Positions 25,960 to 42,485 of a stretch of DNA of 64,000 nt are shown here, one piece after another; the stretch's first letter is position 1; each line of letters begins with the position of its first letter. The stretch covers positions 2,418,001-2,482,000 of the forward strand of contig CM022677.1 in NCBI GenBank assembly GCA_012295275.1, written 5' to 3'. This DNA is from Chrysomallon squamiferum. Lineage: Eukaryota; Animalia; Mollusca. Under the pieces are notes generated by a model. That model did not search any database and was not told the origin of the DNA. It saw only the letters and a program-made list of their open reading frames with translations. A program made the position numbers and the translations under genes.

Positions 25960-27941
25960 CTAACTTAGTAGACAGTTTGAAGTGTACTTTTTACACCATG
26001 TAAATATTTTTACTTCATTGTTTAGTGCCACGTAGAGTTTGTTGTCATCACAACAGACAGATACAGGTTCGGACAGTCCATCCTGGTTAGTGAAGATGTC
26101 ACGTGTAATGTTACCATCACGTGACAACTGAACAACACAATTTCTATCAAAATCACAAATAAAAATATTTCCCTCCCTGTCACATGTAACACCTGTCAAG
26201 TCTCTCAGTTTGCGTGAATCACGTGACTCCCACTTGACGTCACCTGATGACGTCACACAAACTAAACCGTTTACATTTGACACAACAATCAGACATTGAC
26301 CGTGAACTGTGAGACACGACGGTCTGGGGATCAAATCTGTTGAGATAGAATTAATGAGCTGACCACTGTCTGTCAGTATGTCCAAGCACTGACCAGTGAC
26401 CGCGAGACGGTTGCCAGGTAACACAGCGATACAATAATACCCTTTAACAGTTTTAACTGTTTTTACCAGTTTGAAGTTTTTCAAATTTAAAAACAATATT
26501 TTACTTTTACCTGGCACAGCAACAACAACAACAACATGAGCCCGCTGATCACGTGATTCAGCAAGACCGAATGGTGGAGAGGAAGTTTCGTATCTTTTTA
26601 TCAGTGATTTTCTTTTTAAACAAAAACATTTTACACAGTCATTGTAACTATCACTAACAACAATTTTACTTTTGTCTGCACCTGACACCAGCATGGAAAA
26701 CAGACAAGGATTTAATTGATCTTCTTGTGTTTTTATGTTAATGGTGTCTGTATGTTTGAGTGTGTCTGTCTGTCTGTTTATCTGTGTGTCTGCGTGTTGT
26801 GTTTTTGTGTCAATGGTGTGTTTCTGTTTGAGTGTGTTTATCTGTGCGTCTGTTTGGATATTTGTGGATATTTCTCCAATGTGGACTGACATTTCTGCCT
26901 TTTATCAAATTTTATCAGATTTACTTTAAACTTTGCTTTTTCTATTCGGGAACGAGATTTGGACAGAAACTCGGAAGTTGTGTTTTGAAGTTTGGTGAAT
27001 TTTGAAATATTTATTTTTATCTCAGCCTCTGATTCACGTTGTAACAAATCTTTACCTAGTGTGATCATATTTTCGTTTTCATCAATCAGATGTTTGTGTT
27101 CAGTGAATAATTTGTCTATTTCTGAGTTTACAAAGTTCTGAGATTTTTCTATTTCTCTTATTAACCTGTCTTGTTCTTTGTGGACTGCGGCAGTAAAATC
27201 TGTGATTAGTGTGTTACCAATCCTTCTGACCTCTTCTGTAGTGTCCACGACGTTCATGTCGACGGCTTGGCGCAGTTGCTCAATCATATCATCCATCTCT
27301 GTCTGAAGAGCTTCTTTAAAGGTTTTGAGACTTTCAGAAACAGAACTCAGAAGTGACATGTGATCTCCCTTTTGAGCTGAAATAAATAAATAAATAAATA
27401 ATCAATCAGTCAATTAATTAATTAACTAGAACTACTATTATTAATAAAGGTATGCCTACAATGTGAAGTTTTAGAATTTATGTTATCAACTACTTTAAAA
27501 ATCTGAGTAGAAAAATGACATAAATAAAGTTTTCTCTATTTCTCTAGGTTGTGATGGTCAATATACGGCATACATATTTTTAGTTAAACAATCACTAAAT
27601 TTTCTTTTTATAGTATTTTATTGTAACGAATCTAAACACAACACTGGTGACTCACAAAACTTTGATTGTAGCCGATCATTAGCGGCGTTCTGTAGTGAAA
27701 GGTTTATAGGGAATTGATCTGCCCATGTATTCACTATTTTCGTGCTGTCTGCGATGTGGACATCCTGCCTGCAGAACGGGCAGGTGATTTCTGTGTCGTT
27801 GTTGTTGTAATTATGACTTATATAGTCCTGCAGGCATTTGCTGCAGAACGAATGGCCACAGTTTAACATTCGCGGCTTCTTGAAAAGTTCCGTACAAATG
27901 CAGCACGAAAGATTTTCTTCAGGGTTTGCAGCTGTTGCCAT
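25960..27941 (-). CDS. TRIM-like E3 ligase: RING - coiled coil - linker - NHL-like beta-propeller. Exon 1 27941-27656, exon 2 27376-25960; one frameshift near 26900 (pseudogene or assembly error)
   Basis: C3HC4 RING CCICTELFKKPRMLNCGHSFCSKCL...CPFCR. A GTGAGT donor at 27655 and a TTTCAG acceptor at 27377 join in phase 1 (..SKF-S-QKGDHMSLL). A helical coiled-coil segment follows, then propeller blades such as LTGVTCDREGNIFICDFDRNCVVQLSRDG and GLSEPVSVCCDDNKLYVA. Adding one nt in the A4 run at 26900-26903 gives a 567-aa frame. Confidence 0.85.
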
Positions 27942-28032
27942 AAATAAATAAATAACAATAATAACAACAGCATCAACATAGAAGAATCAGAGAAAATAAA
28001 AAATAAAATACAGAGAAAGAAAAAGGGAACTA

Positions 28033-28064
<32 letters not shown>

Positions 28065-29907
28065 TATGATAAAATAAATATATAAACATGCGTATGTAAC
28101 ACTATAATGTTATAAATAAACTGTATAAGCTTTTCATTCGTTCAGTTTATTTTATTTATAAGAAAACAGAAGAACTATTAAATTTAATCTTGTGACGTTG
28201 GTTTGAGAAGGAAGACAACAGATCTACTGTAATAAGTTATATAAAGCAAAATATAAAATAAATAAATAATGCGACATGTCCATGAATGCTGCAAGGTAAT
28301 TTCGCACACCTTGTGTCATGCTACGTAACCCAGCCCACACATTTTCATGATGAAACTCGAATGTGGACAATAAAAGAAACGTGACATTCACAGAAGTAAT
28401 GTATTCAGTGTAATAATTACGAACATTTTCATAGTAAACGAATGAATGACTGATTGTTACTGAACATTATTTTATTAACGTGAACTCAACAAATTCTTAA
28501 CCTGCAGTTAAATGGCTTCATTCATTGATAAAGTAATCGAGAAAGATAAATGCGACAACACATCGCCAGACACTACTTTTCTCTGACCACTGAGCCACAC
28601 CCTCCACTCTAACACAAAACAATTTTGTACAGAAATTTTATTATGAAAATAACCTAGATTACTTTTTATTTTATAATATCTTACACTAACGAAATAACAA
28701 CAACAACAACAACAAATAATAATAATAATAATAATAATAAATCTTCTTACCTTTGTCTTAAGAAATGAAAATTTTAAACCAACAAACAATTCTCTTCTAT
28801 TCGTTTGCAATGTCAGTTTGCTGGCGGAGAAGTTGGTTTTGACAGACGTCACTCGGTGAGTGGAATATACCAATTTCAATAAAGGGTTGGAAGCCTTGAC
28901 ATTTTCTAGAACACTTTTGTTTCTTCTGAGATAAAAATAATCGTGAATGTTTTAAATGGTTGTGGTAAAGTAAACAACAGTAAAAGTAACAACTACCTTA
29001 ACATAGTTAGTGTAGTTCATTAATTTCTAAAATTCGTGTTACAGTCGACAACACCTATAGTAATAATGACACAGCAACTGGTTTGTAGAAGGTCGGAGAA
29101 AGATAATACATTTAGCCCCCAAAACAACTTCTTCTTTAAACTTGAATAGTATCAGTTTTTTCGTAAGATATATAAATAAACTATAATAATGAAAACATGA
29201 TACAAGGTGAATATATGATTTTAGTCAGGTATGCACAATGGTAATAAAATGATAGTAATATATTTTCCTTTATTATATAAATTGTATTTCGTTCTATTTA
29301 AAACAAATAAATAAAGAAAGAAAGAAGCAATTAAATTAATGAAATTATAATATTATATATTTTATTATTTAGCTTAACCAAGCAAGTATATTTCTGTTTG
29401 AATCAGAGAGCAATTCTCAAATGTCTGAAAATAGGGAATTGAACAGGGGATTGAATATTATGTCAGCAGTGTTAACAGCTGACAATTATACGTAACACAA
29501 CTGTTTTCTAAGTATTTTAATTTAACACATCTTGCAGTTTACCTTACATATTTGTTAGAAAGGTGTTAACTTTCATATCATTCTTAATTCACATATGTGT
29601 GTGTGTGTATATATATATATATGAGAATAGTGTCTCTGAATAAAACCGTCACACTTTTGTCATCTTGTTGATATTGTGAACGAATGTATTGTTGAACCAG
29701 ATTATTTGAAAAACATGAGCACAAAAACGATCTACAGACCAGTATGAATAATACAAGTTATCGCTTCGCTGGTTTTCATAGCCTTTCAGTTAGCTCGCTG
29801 ATTATAGTGATGTTTTTAAACGATACAGTACAAAGTCAAACTATTTTCCAATGTCATTGTTTCAAATATCAAATAATTATTGATAATAATACTTTAATAA
29901 TACTTTA

Positions 29908-29965
<58 letters not shown>

Positions 29966-30391
29966 GCAGCAGATGAAGTAGTAGTAGTAGTACTATTAAT
30001 AATAATAATAAAATCTAAAATGTTTGGGTTGGAGATTTACTCTTATTTTATCTGACCTATTCTTAACAACAAATTCTACTCCACAAAACTGTAAACAAAA
30101 ATTGTATTATTTTAGTCATCTTTTTTAAACCTGATTGTATTCTGTTATAGCCAGCCACTGACGACATGTGTATCAGATAACTATGATTGTGTTTCTTTTT
30201 AGCCACACATTGTAAAACAAAGACATTCTTACTGTTACTGATATGTGTGTAAAGTGTAGTGCGCCTGGAAGCTACATTCTAATTATTATACTTGTCACGT
30301 ATAAAACGAAATAAGTAATGTTAGTCAGTTATTCATTAATTCATAATTACTTTTCAAACTGCAACGACAGAAGCGTAGCTATTGCAGGGAA

Positions 30392-30504
<113 letters not shown>

Positions 30505-30984
30505 CTCTCTCTGCATACAAAATAATATTTTTGTTTTCTAAATAAATAAAGGAACAAACAAACACACAAATAAAAACATTTGCAATATTATTGAATTAAA
30601 TAGCATTAATTAATAAGTAAATTATATAGTATTAGTAGTAATAGTAATAATTGTATAGCCATAAAAATAATTAATTAATTATGTAAACAGTCATATTTTA
30701 CAGTTTTGTCAGAAAACTTTCGAAAACTTTAACATTGTGTCACGTCATTGAGATGGATGATAGTAGCTGAAAGGTGTTATGAAGTTATTTTTATGACTAT
30801 TTTATTATTTCCTAATCTAAAAAGTTGTCACGCCATTTAACATTGTAATGTTTCCAGTGTAGCTGTTGGATGTCTGTCTGTGTGTTCAACTATCTTTCTC
30901 AATTTTAATTCTCACCATTAATTTCTACAAATCTTGCACGTGTGAAAGAGATAGACAGGACACACACACACACACACACACACT

Positions 30985-31496
30985 CAATAGTACTTCGACT
31001 TACGAGTGGCCCAACTTACGTGTTTTTCGAGTTACGAGCAGACGCCCGGCCGATATTATGCTTTGAGTTGCGAGCTAAAATCCGAGTTATGTCCGAGTTT
31101 CAGATACGGCGCCGACAACACAACATCCGGACAGCATCCCGTGTCTAACTCATTTACTTCATGTAGTTATCTCGCCGCGGAAACATCTGTTGTGTAGTGA
31201 TCGGTTTTTTGTAGTATTTTACCACATTTCCTTTTTTGACCAAGGTGAGTGCAAAGGACTCTGGTGAGTAGAAGAAGCGGATGATGTCCATTGAATTAAA
31301 GCTTGAATTCATAGAAATACATGAGCTAGGTGTATTTGTAGTCAACTTGACTAGGCAGTACGAGTGTAGTACCATACTGAAGCTGAAGGAGACGATAAAG
31401 GCTTTTTGTGGACCTGGAAGAGATTAATGGTATTTCAATTAATTTCAGTTGGGAAACTGATTTGATACACGAGCAAATTGAGATACGAGCTCGGCC
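30985..31496 (+). mobile_element. Tigger/pogo (Tc1-mariner superfamily) internally deleted element
   Basis: Left end CAATAGTACTTCGACTTACGAG with repeated TTACGAG sub-terminal motifs. Internal relic KVSAKDSGE*KKRMMSIELKLEFIEIHELGVFVVNLTRQYECS..TILKLKETIK resembles the CENP-B-type N-terminal HTH. The right sub-terminal GAGATACGAGCTCGG is present but the right TIR is truncated. Confidence 0.8.
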
Positions 31497-31619
31497 ATAT
31501 CATATCTCTTTACTTATAGGTTATGATGTGTTAGAAAACTAAAATCAGTTTGAAAATAAAATAAAAAATAAAAACAAATAAAAACAAAATAATAAACAAA
31601 CAAACAAACAAACAAACAA

Positions 31620-31981
31620 ACAAAATGAAACAAAAATATATTGTTTTGTTCCTCATCCTAAAAACACTGAAGTGTCAGTACCGGCCCTGTTCCCCTCCTC
31701 TGTGATTATTGTGAATCAGTCCCTTGCTCCAACTAACTCGAGTGTGAACAGAAAACAAAAGAGGAAATATGCTTTGTAACTTTGGGCTTTAAAAGACGTA
31801 TTTACAGATCCCCAGTGAGGATGCAGTTTAGTATCTAGTCACGTTTTTGAGATATCAGTTACTAAGTTTTGTTGTTTGTACGTAGTAATGAGAGAGAGGG
31901 TCAAAGATCATCCTTCATATCTGTGAATAGAACATTTTATACGATGCGTCATACAGCAGTAATAATAATAATAATAATAAT

Positions 31982-32032
<51 letters not shown>

Positions 32033-32604
32033 AGCAGCAACAAGGGCAATAGGATTAATAACAACAACAAGTAGTCAGGCCCATCCATCGTTTATTAAGC
32101 GACCCTGTCATTTTAATATCGTGTACATTTCCTAGATGTTCTAGATAATTTGACTTAACTGAAGAAATTTTTAATTTGATTACTTTACTTTATTTATTAC
32201 GTTAGCATTTTCCCTTAATACATATATTGAAAATCGTTATTTTGTTATTTTATTTAACTGCATTTACATTATATTTGAGTTTGATTATTTATATGTACTG
32301 TTACTTATGAAATATATTACTGACATACTGATCACACTGATTAATTACAATTATTCTTAGGTAGTAGTAATTGTCGTAGCTAGTAATAGAAGTAGTTGTC
32401 GTTGGAGTAGCAGTAATAGCTAATACAAATATTAGCAGTAGTATTTATAGCTGAGTTTTATTAGTAGTAGTAGTGGCAGTAATAGTAACAGTAGTAGTAT
32501 AACACTAGTAATAGTAGTAGTGCAATCAAAAGTAATATCAATTATACTAGTACTACTAATTCTACTACTAAGACTATTACTACTACCACTATTATTATTA
32601 TTAT

Positions 32605-32645
<41 letters not shown>

Positions 32646-33250
32646 ATAGTAGTAGTAGTAGTAGTAGTTACTTCTGTATTCATTATTTATTTATTTACGT
32701 TGGTATTTATTTATTCACTACTATGTCGCCTTTGCATATGTTTCGTTGTTTGCACGTATCAGTGAGACAGGATATATATATCGAAATTGTATGTACGTGT
32801 GTGTGCGTCTGTGGTGTGTGTGTCTGAAAGTGATTTGTATTGTAATCTATTTTAGAAACCGGACGTCACAATATTTATTTTGGCACTGCACACATCAGAT
32901 CTCTCTACTTATAGGTTAAAAAAACGGAAATCAAATTGAAAATATAAAATAAATAATTAACTAAATAACTAAATAAATCAATCAATAAATAAATCAATCA
33001 ATCAATAAACAAAATAAATCAAAATGAAACAATAATATATGGTTTTCTTCCTCATCATAAAAACACTGAAGCCTCAGTACCGCCCTGTTCCGCTCCTCTG
33101 TGATTATTGTGAATCAGTCCCTTGCTCCAACTAACTCGAGCGTGCATAGAGAGGAAAAAACGAAACATGCTGTGTAACTTTGGGCTTTAAAAGACGAGTT
33201 TACAGATATCACTGAGGTATCAGTTACTATGTGTTGTTGTTTGTACGTAG
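31620..33250 (+). repeat. ~250-bp direct repeat pair (31620-31890 and 33020-33250) separated by (AAC)n/(AGT)n microsatellites
   Basis: Both contain AAAACACTGAAG..TCAGTACC.GCCCTGTTCC.CTCCTCTGTGATTATTGTGAATCAGTCCCTTGCTCCAACTAACTCGAG and GTTGTTTGTACGTAG. Confidence 0.9.
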
Positions 33251-35340
33251 CAGTAGTATTTATAGTTGACTTTTATTAGCAGATAGAAAGATATTAGTTT
33301 CAGAACGCGATATTATTTGACCAGATACAGCTTAACAAATCATATTACAACATACGTACTGTTTTTCTTTTAATTTATTTATTTATTTATTGTTATTTGT
33401 TTGTTAGTTTTTTTAAAAGCCAATTTAACAAATATATATTTACATATAAAACAAAACATTTAAAAAATATATATATTTCGAAGGTTTTCGTTAAAACGAC
33501 GTTCTCTTTCAGAACTGATTTACTTTTACCAAAAAATCTATAAATTGTCAGTTTGTGCTGAATGAAGACACGCTTCAGGTTAACTGACATTTAAATCTGC
33601 ACAAAAGTTGGACTAACCTAAACCTAACCAAAACCCTAACCAAAATGCTAACCATACTTCTGAAACTCCTCATATGATTTTCCAGGTCTTGCAGCTTTTT
33701 CAGCTATTTAAGCTAACCCTGGGCATAAACCTTACTCGTAACAATGTGTTAAAATTAAGGATGTTTTGAAATAAATCTAACCAAATCACTCACCTAACCT
33801 TAACAATGTTTCCAAATAAACTAAAGAAAAAACATTTATCAAAATGTGTATTTAAATCACCTAACTTTAACCCACAGTGAAAGATTTACTAAAATGTATT
33901 TTTTTTCTCTCACAATGTTTAACTTTCAACATGTTTTATAATGCATTTAGCATTTTGTATAAGCAGTAAACATTTTAAAACTGGACTTCATTTGTGTCAT
34001 TAATACTGAATCTCAACTATTTTTAGTCATAGTAATTATAAGCATTACAGAGTTATGGCTCTTTGTTTATATAAAAATGTCTTCTCAAGCCAGATCAGTC
34101 AATGAATTCATCTTTACTCATTTCACTTCCAATCATTAATTCCAGTATAATCATTCCGTCAACAAGCGATAACGTTCTCCAGTCGATCAAGTACACACTC
34201 CAGTTGTTTCATTTCTTTGTCACTGTTTTCTGAACTTGATCTTTTCCTTCTTCTTGTTTGTTACAAGCCAGTCTGTTATATGGATCAAGATACATCATCT
34301 GACCAGTCTGTTACATGTATTATAGACAGTGTTACATCACAAGATCAGTCGGATACATATAATATAGACAGCCTTTTTTCTGTAGGTCGCGAGATCGTTC
34401 TTGAGCGAGAATAAGTGTTAGATTTTTTCAACTTGACTTGGATGGAGGAATAAATAAAATTCGCTATTATCATATAACCATTCCCCGCAGGTAACAGTTT
34501 TAGCAATTGTAATTTATTATTAGAGTTCCCTACTTTTTTTTAAGAGTACATGTTTTTCACACCAATCCAGTTGTGAACTGAAGTGTCACATTTATTATGT
34601 AAATTTAGTTTTATTGTTATTGTTATATATTTATTATTGTGGTTGTTGTTGTTCTTTTTTTTTTTTTTCAGGAAATGTTTTTCTTGTTTTGTTTTTATTT
34701 AAAAAATCATTAATTAATTAACTAATTAATTTTATCATTCTACCGTTTGTAGAATATATATCCGAAAAAAACAACAACAAAAACACTGATTCTCCAGTTT
34801 TCTATAGTTTCGACTGTAATCATAATAAAACTTCTTATTGTACTGCTAGAACAACAACTACTACTAAATAAATAAATAAATTAAAATATAAAATACAAAA
34901 TCAAACAGAATCACTTCGCCATCATAACACGACGCCAGAGGATAAAACAGCAGCCTAAAATATTTAGTCACTGTTGTTTTCTTACGATCCGTGACAGTCT
35001 CCCCAAAACAATAAAATAATAACTTGCAGTACAAAGAATTTTATTGTTTCTGTTGTTGTATACACACTTTAAAATAATGAGACGAGTATAACCTTTACTG
35101 TATTTTCAGCCTCTCATAACAACAACAACAACGGTCATAGTAATAATAATGATAAATGAGTTGGTCAAGCTATAATTTCTGTATTGGAGCTTTCAGGGTT
35201 TGACTCAGTTAACTAACGGTTTAATTTCTGCTGTATTAGAAATAGCTGAATAATTATTTGTTATAAAAAAAATAACGTACTGTTGTTAGTGAGATGAGAA
35301 AGATCTCGTCTCCTCATTCGTCATCGAATAAACAGTAAGG

Positions 35341-35462
35341 AACACAGTATAACACTGTATAACACAGTATAACACTGTATAACACTGTATATCACTGTAT
35401 AGCACTGTATAACACTGTGTTACACTGTATAACGCTGTATAACACTGTATAACGCTGTATAA
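35341..35462 (+). repeat. 10-bp minisatellite (AACACTGTAT) x ~12
   Basis: Directly visible tandem units. Confidence 0.95.
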
Positions 35463-35934
35463 TGTTTGTAAGGTGGGGAAAGTTACTAACAATTAGTAAC
35501 TGTTAACAGTGTAACAACTCGCTCCGAGTAGTTGGTCAAACTCAGACTAATTTATTTTGTTAATAATTCTATGTGCGTGTGTGTGTGTGTTTATTTTATT
35601 TTATATTAAAAAATCCATAACTTTCGAACAATTTGACTCACAATTGTAATATTTTGTTTCTGAAATCAGAATAAAAAGATCTACAGTTATAGTCAATCTT
35701 TTTTTCCTAAACTGAAAATTAATTTTGAGTACCTAACAATACAGCCAACAACAAACAACAACAACCACAACAATAATATAGATAAAGAAAAAGTAACACT
35801 GATAATAACAATAACTGAAAAATAAATATAAGTTTAAAAAGCTATGACAAAAAAAACCCAGCAAACAAATTTAAAATAATAAATTTAATGATATAAAATC
35901 ATATCACATATAAAATTTAAATATGTGTGTGTTT

Positions 35935-36100
35935 ATATATTAATGTCGCCGTCGTTGCCGTTGTACCGGCGTTTTTCCTAAGGTTATCCCTGAACACTTC
36001 ATTATTCCTTTTGTTTTTTTTATTCGTATTATATTTGTTTTCTTTCCAATTTATACTAAAATATATTATTATTATCTCTGCTTATGCCGCCGTCGTTGAC
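35935..36100 (-). repeat. Short inverted copy of the 1128-1800 satellite-like family
   Basis: ATTAATGTCGCCGTCGTTGCCGTTGTACCGGCGTT is the reverse complement of the AACGCCG..ACGACGGTAGCGACGGCGACATTAAT motif. Confidence 0.75.
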
Positions 36101-36154
36101 ATACATATGTACATACAGATTATAAATATAGATAGACTGATGAAACCCGCGTGT

Positions 36155-36193
<39 letters not shown>

Positions 36194-36357
36194 CGTGTGT
36201 GTGTGTATGTGTCGGGTAGTGTTTTTTTAAGAGTTAACTTTATTTATAGATACAGAAGAAAAACGATACTATGTAATCAGATTTTGAAATGTTTTAAATA
36301 TATTTATTGTTCTAGGAGTGTATTCTGTACAATCCCGAATGCTTCTATAGGCAATTT

Positions 36358-36391
<34 letters not shown>

Positions 36392-36776
36392 CGATGAATA
36401 AATATTTAGTAAAAACAGCAGTGAACTAGCGTGTGTGTGTGGATATTGTGCATTCATTATTTCTCATTCTTTTTCTAAGGTTGATCAAAAATAATGCGGT
36501 TAATTACAGATCTATTACATTTCTAAATTGTCTTGGAAAGCTTCTTAAATAACAGCTAGAGTTGTCTCTTAAAACAATCTATTTGAAGTACTAGAAGAAT
36601 TTTTCACATTAAACTGATTATGAATGCAGGTACCTGTGTGTGAACTTGGAGTGTGATTTATTTGTACGATTTTTTCACAGAGATTTCAACGTTTTCTATT
36701 TTACTGCTTTGCTAAATTAAACTAATCAAATCAAACAATTTTCTCAACATTAATATTGAAAGCACTCTAGTCAACC

Positions 36777-36989
36777 CAGGGCCGGATATCCCATACAGAC
36801 TTTCTAGGGAGGCAGGATAAATCATTATGTAAATGTAAAACCATGTTTTTGCTTTCAACTAGATCATAAGTCATAACTATTCACATTATATAAACTAAGT
36901 GGGAAGGCTGAGGGGGACTTGAGCCTTGAGGAGGGGGCGGTAAAAATTTCTTTAGCCTATGGGCGACAAGCACATTAAATCTAACCCTG
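36777..36989. mobile_element. hAT-type MITE (213 bp) with 8-bp TSD
   Basis: Imperfect TIRs CAGGGCCGGAT...ATCTAACCCTG are flanked by AGTCAACC (36769-36776) and AGTCAGCC (36990-36997). An 8-bp TSD and CAGGG ends are typical of hAT elements. Confidence 0.8.
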
Positions 36990-37339
36990 AGTCAGCCACA
37001 CGGAACTCTCTTTTTTCTTACTTAAGTATCTATCTTTTTTACTTTCCTGTTGTATTTATAAAAATAAATCTTAGTTTAGGTATCTCTGTGTTTGTGTGTC
37101 GTTTTTATTATTTTATTGTTGTTATTATTATTTATTTATTTGCCCTTGTTTTGAAGTTTTTAATCCTTACAGACGCTAACACAATAGACATATACTGTAA
37201 TAAAATATTGTATCATTGTTAATCTTCATGTACTTAGACATTTAATATCCTAACAACATAAATGTATTTGTCTTGACTGATTATTGCATTACGTTGTGTC
37301 ACTTTTCACTTGATTCACATTAATCACTCCTTAATACAG

Positions 37340-42485
<5,146 letters not shown>

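Noticed and set aside
26693-26924. Possible intron (minus-strand GTAAAT donor at 26924) bypassing the TRIM frameshift
   Set aside because: The best nearby pyrimidine-rich acceptor gives an incompatible phase, and the skipped region encodes a plausible '...HIGEI' linker.
31695-31760. LCDYCESVPCSN*LEC, resembling a B-box near the TRIM gene
   Set aside because: It is on the opposite strand to the gene, and the TAA stop is shared by all three copies of this repeat.
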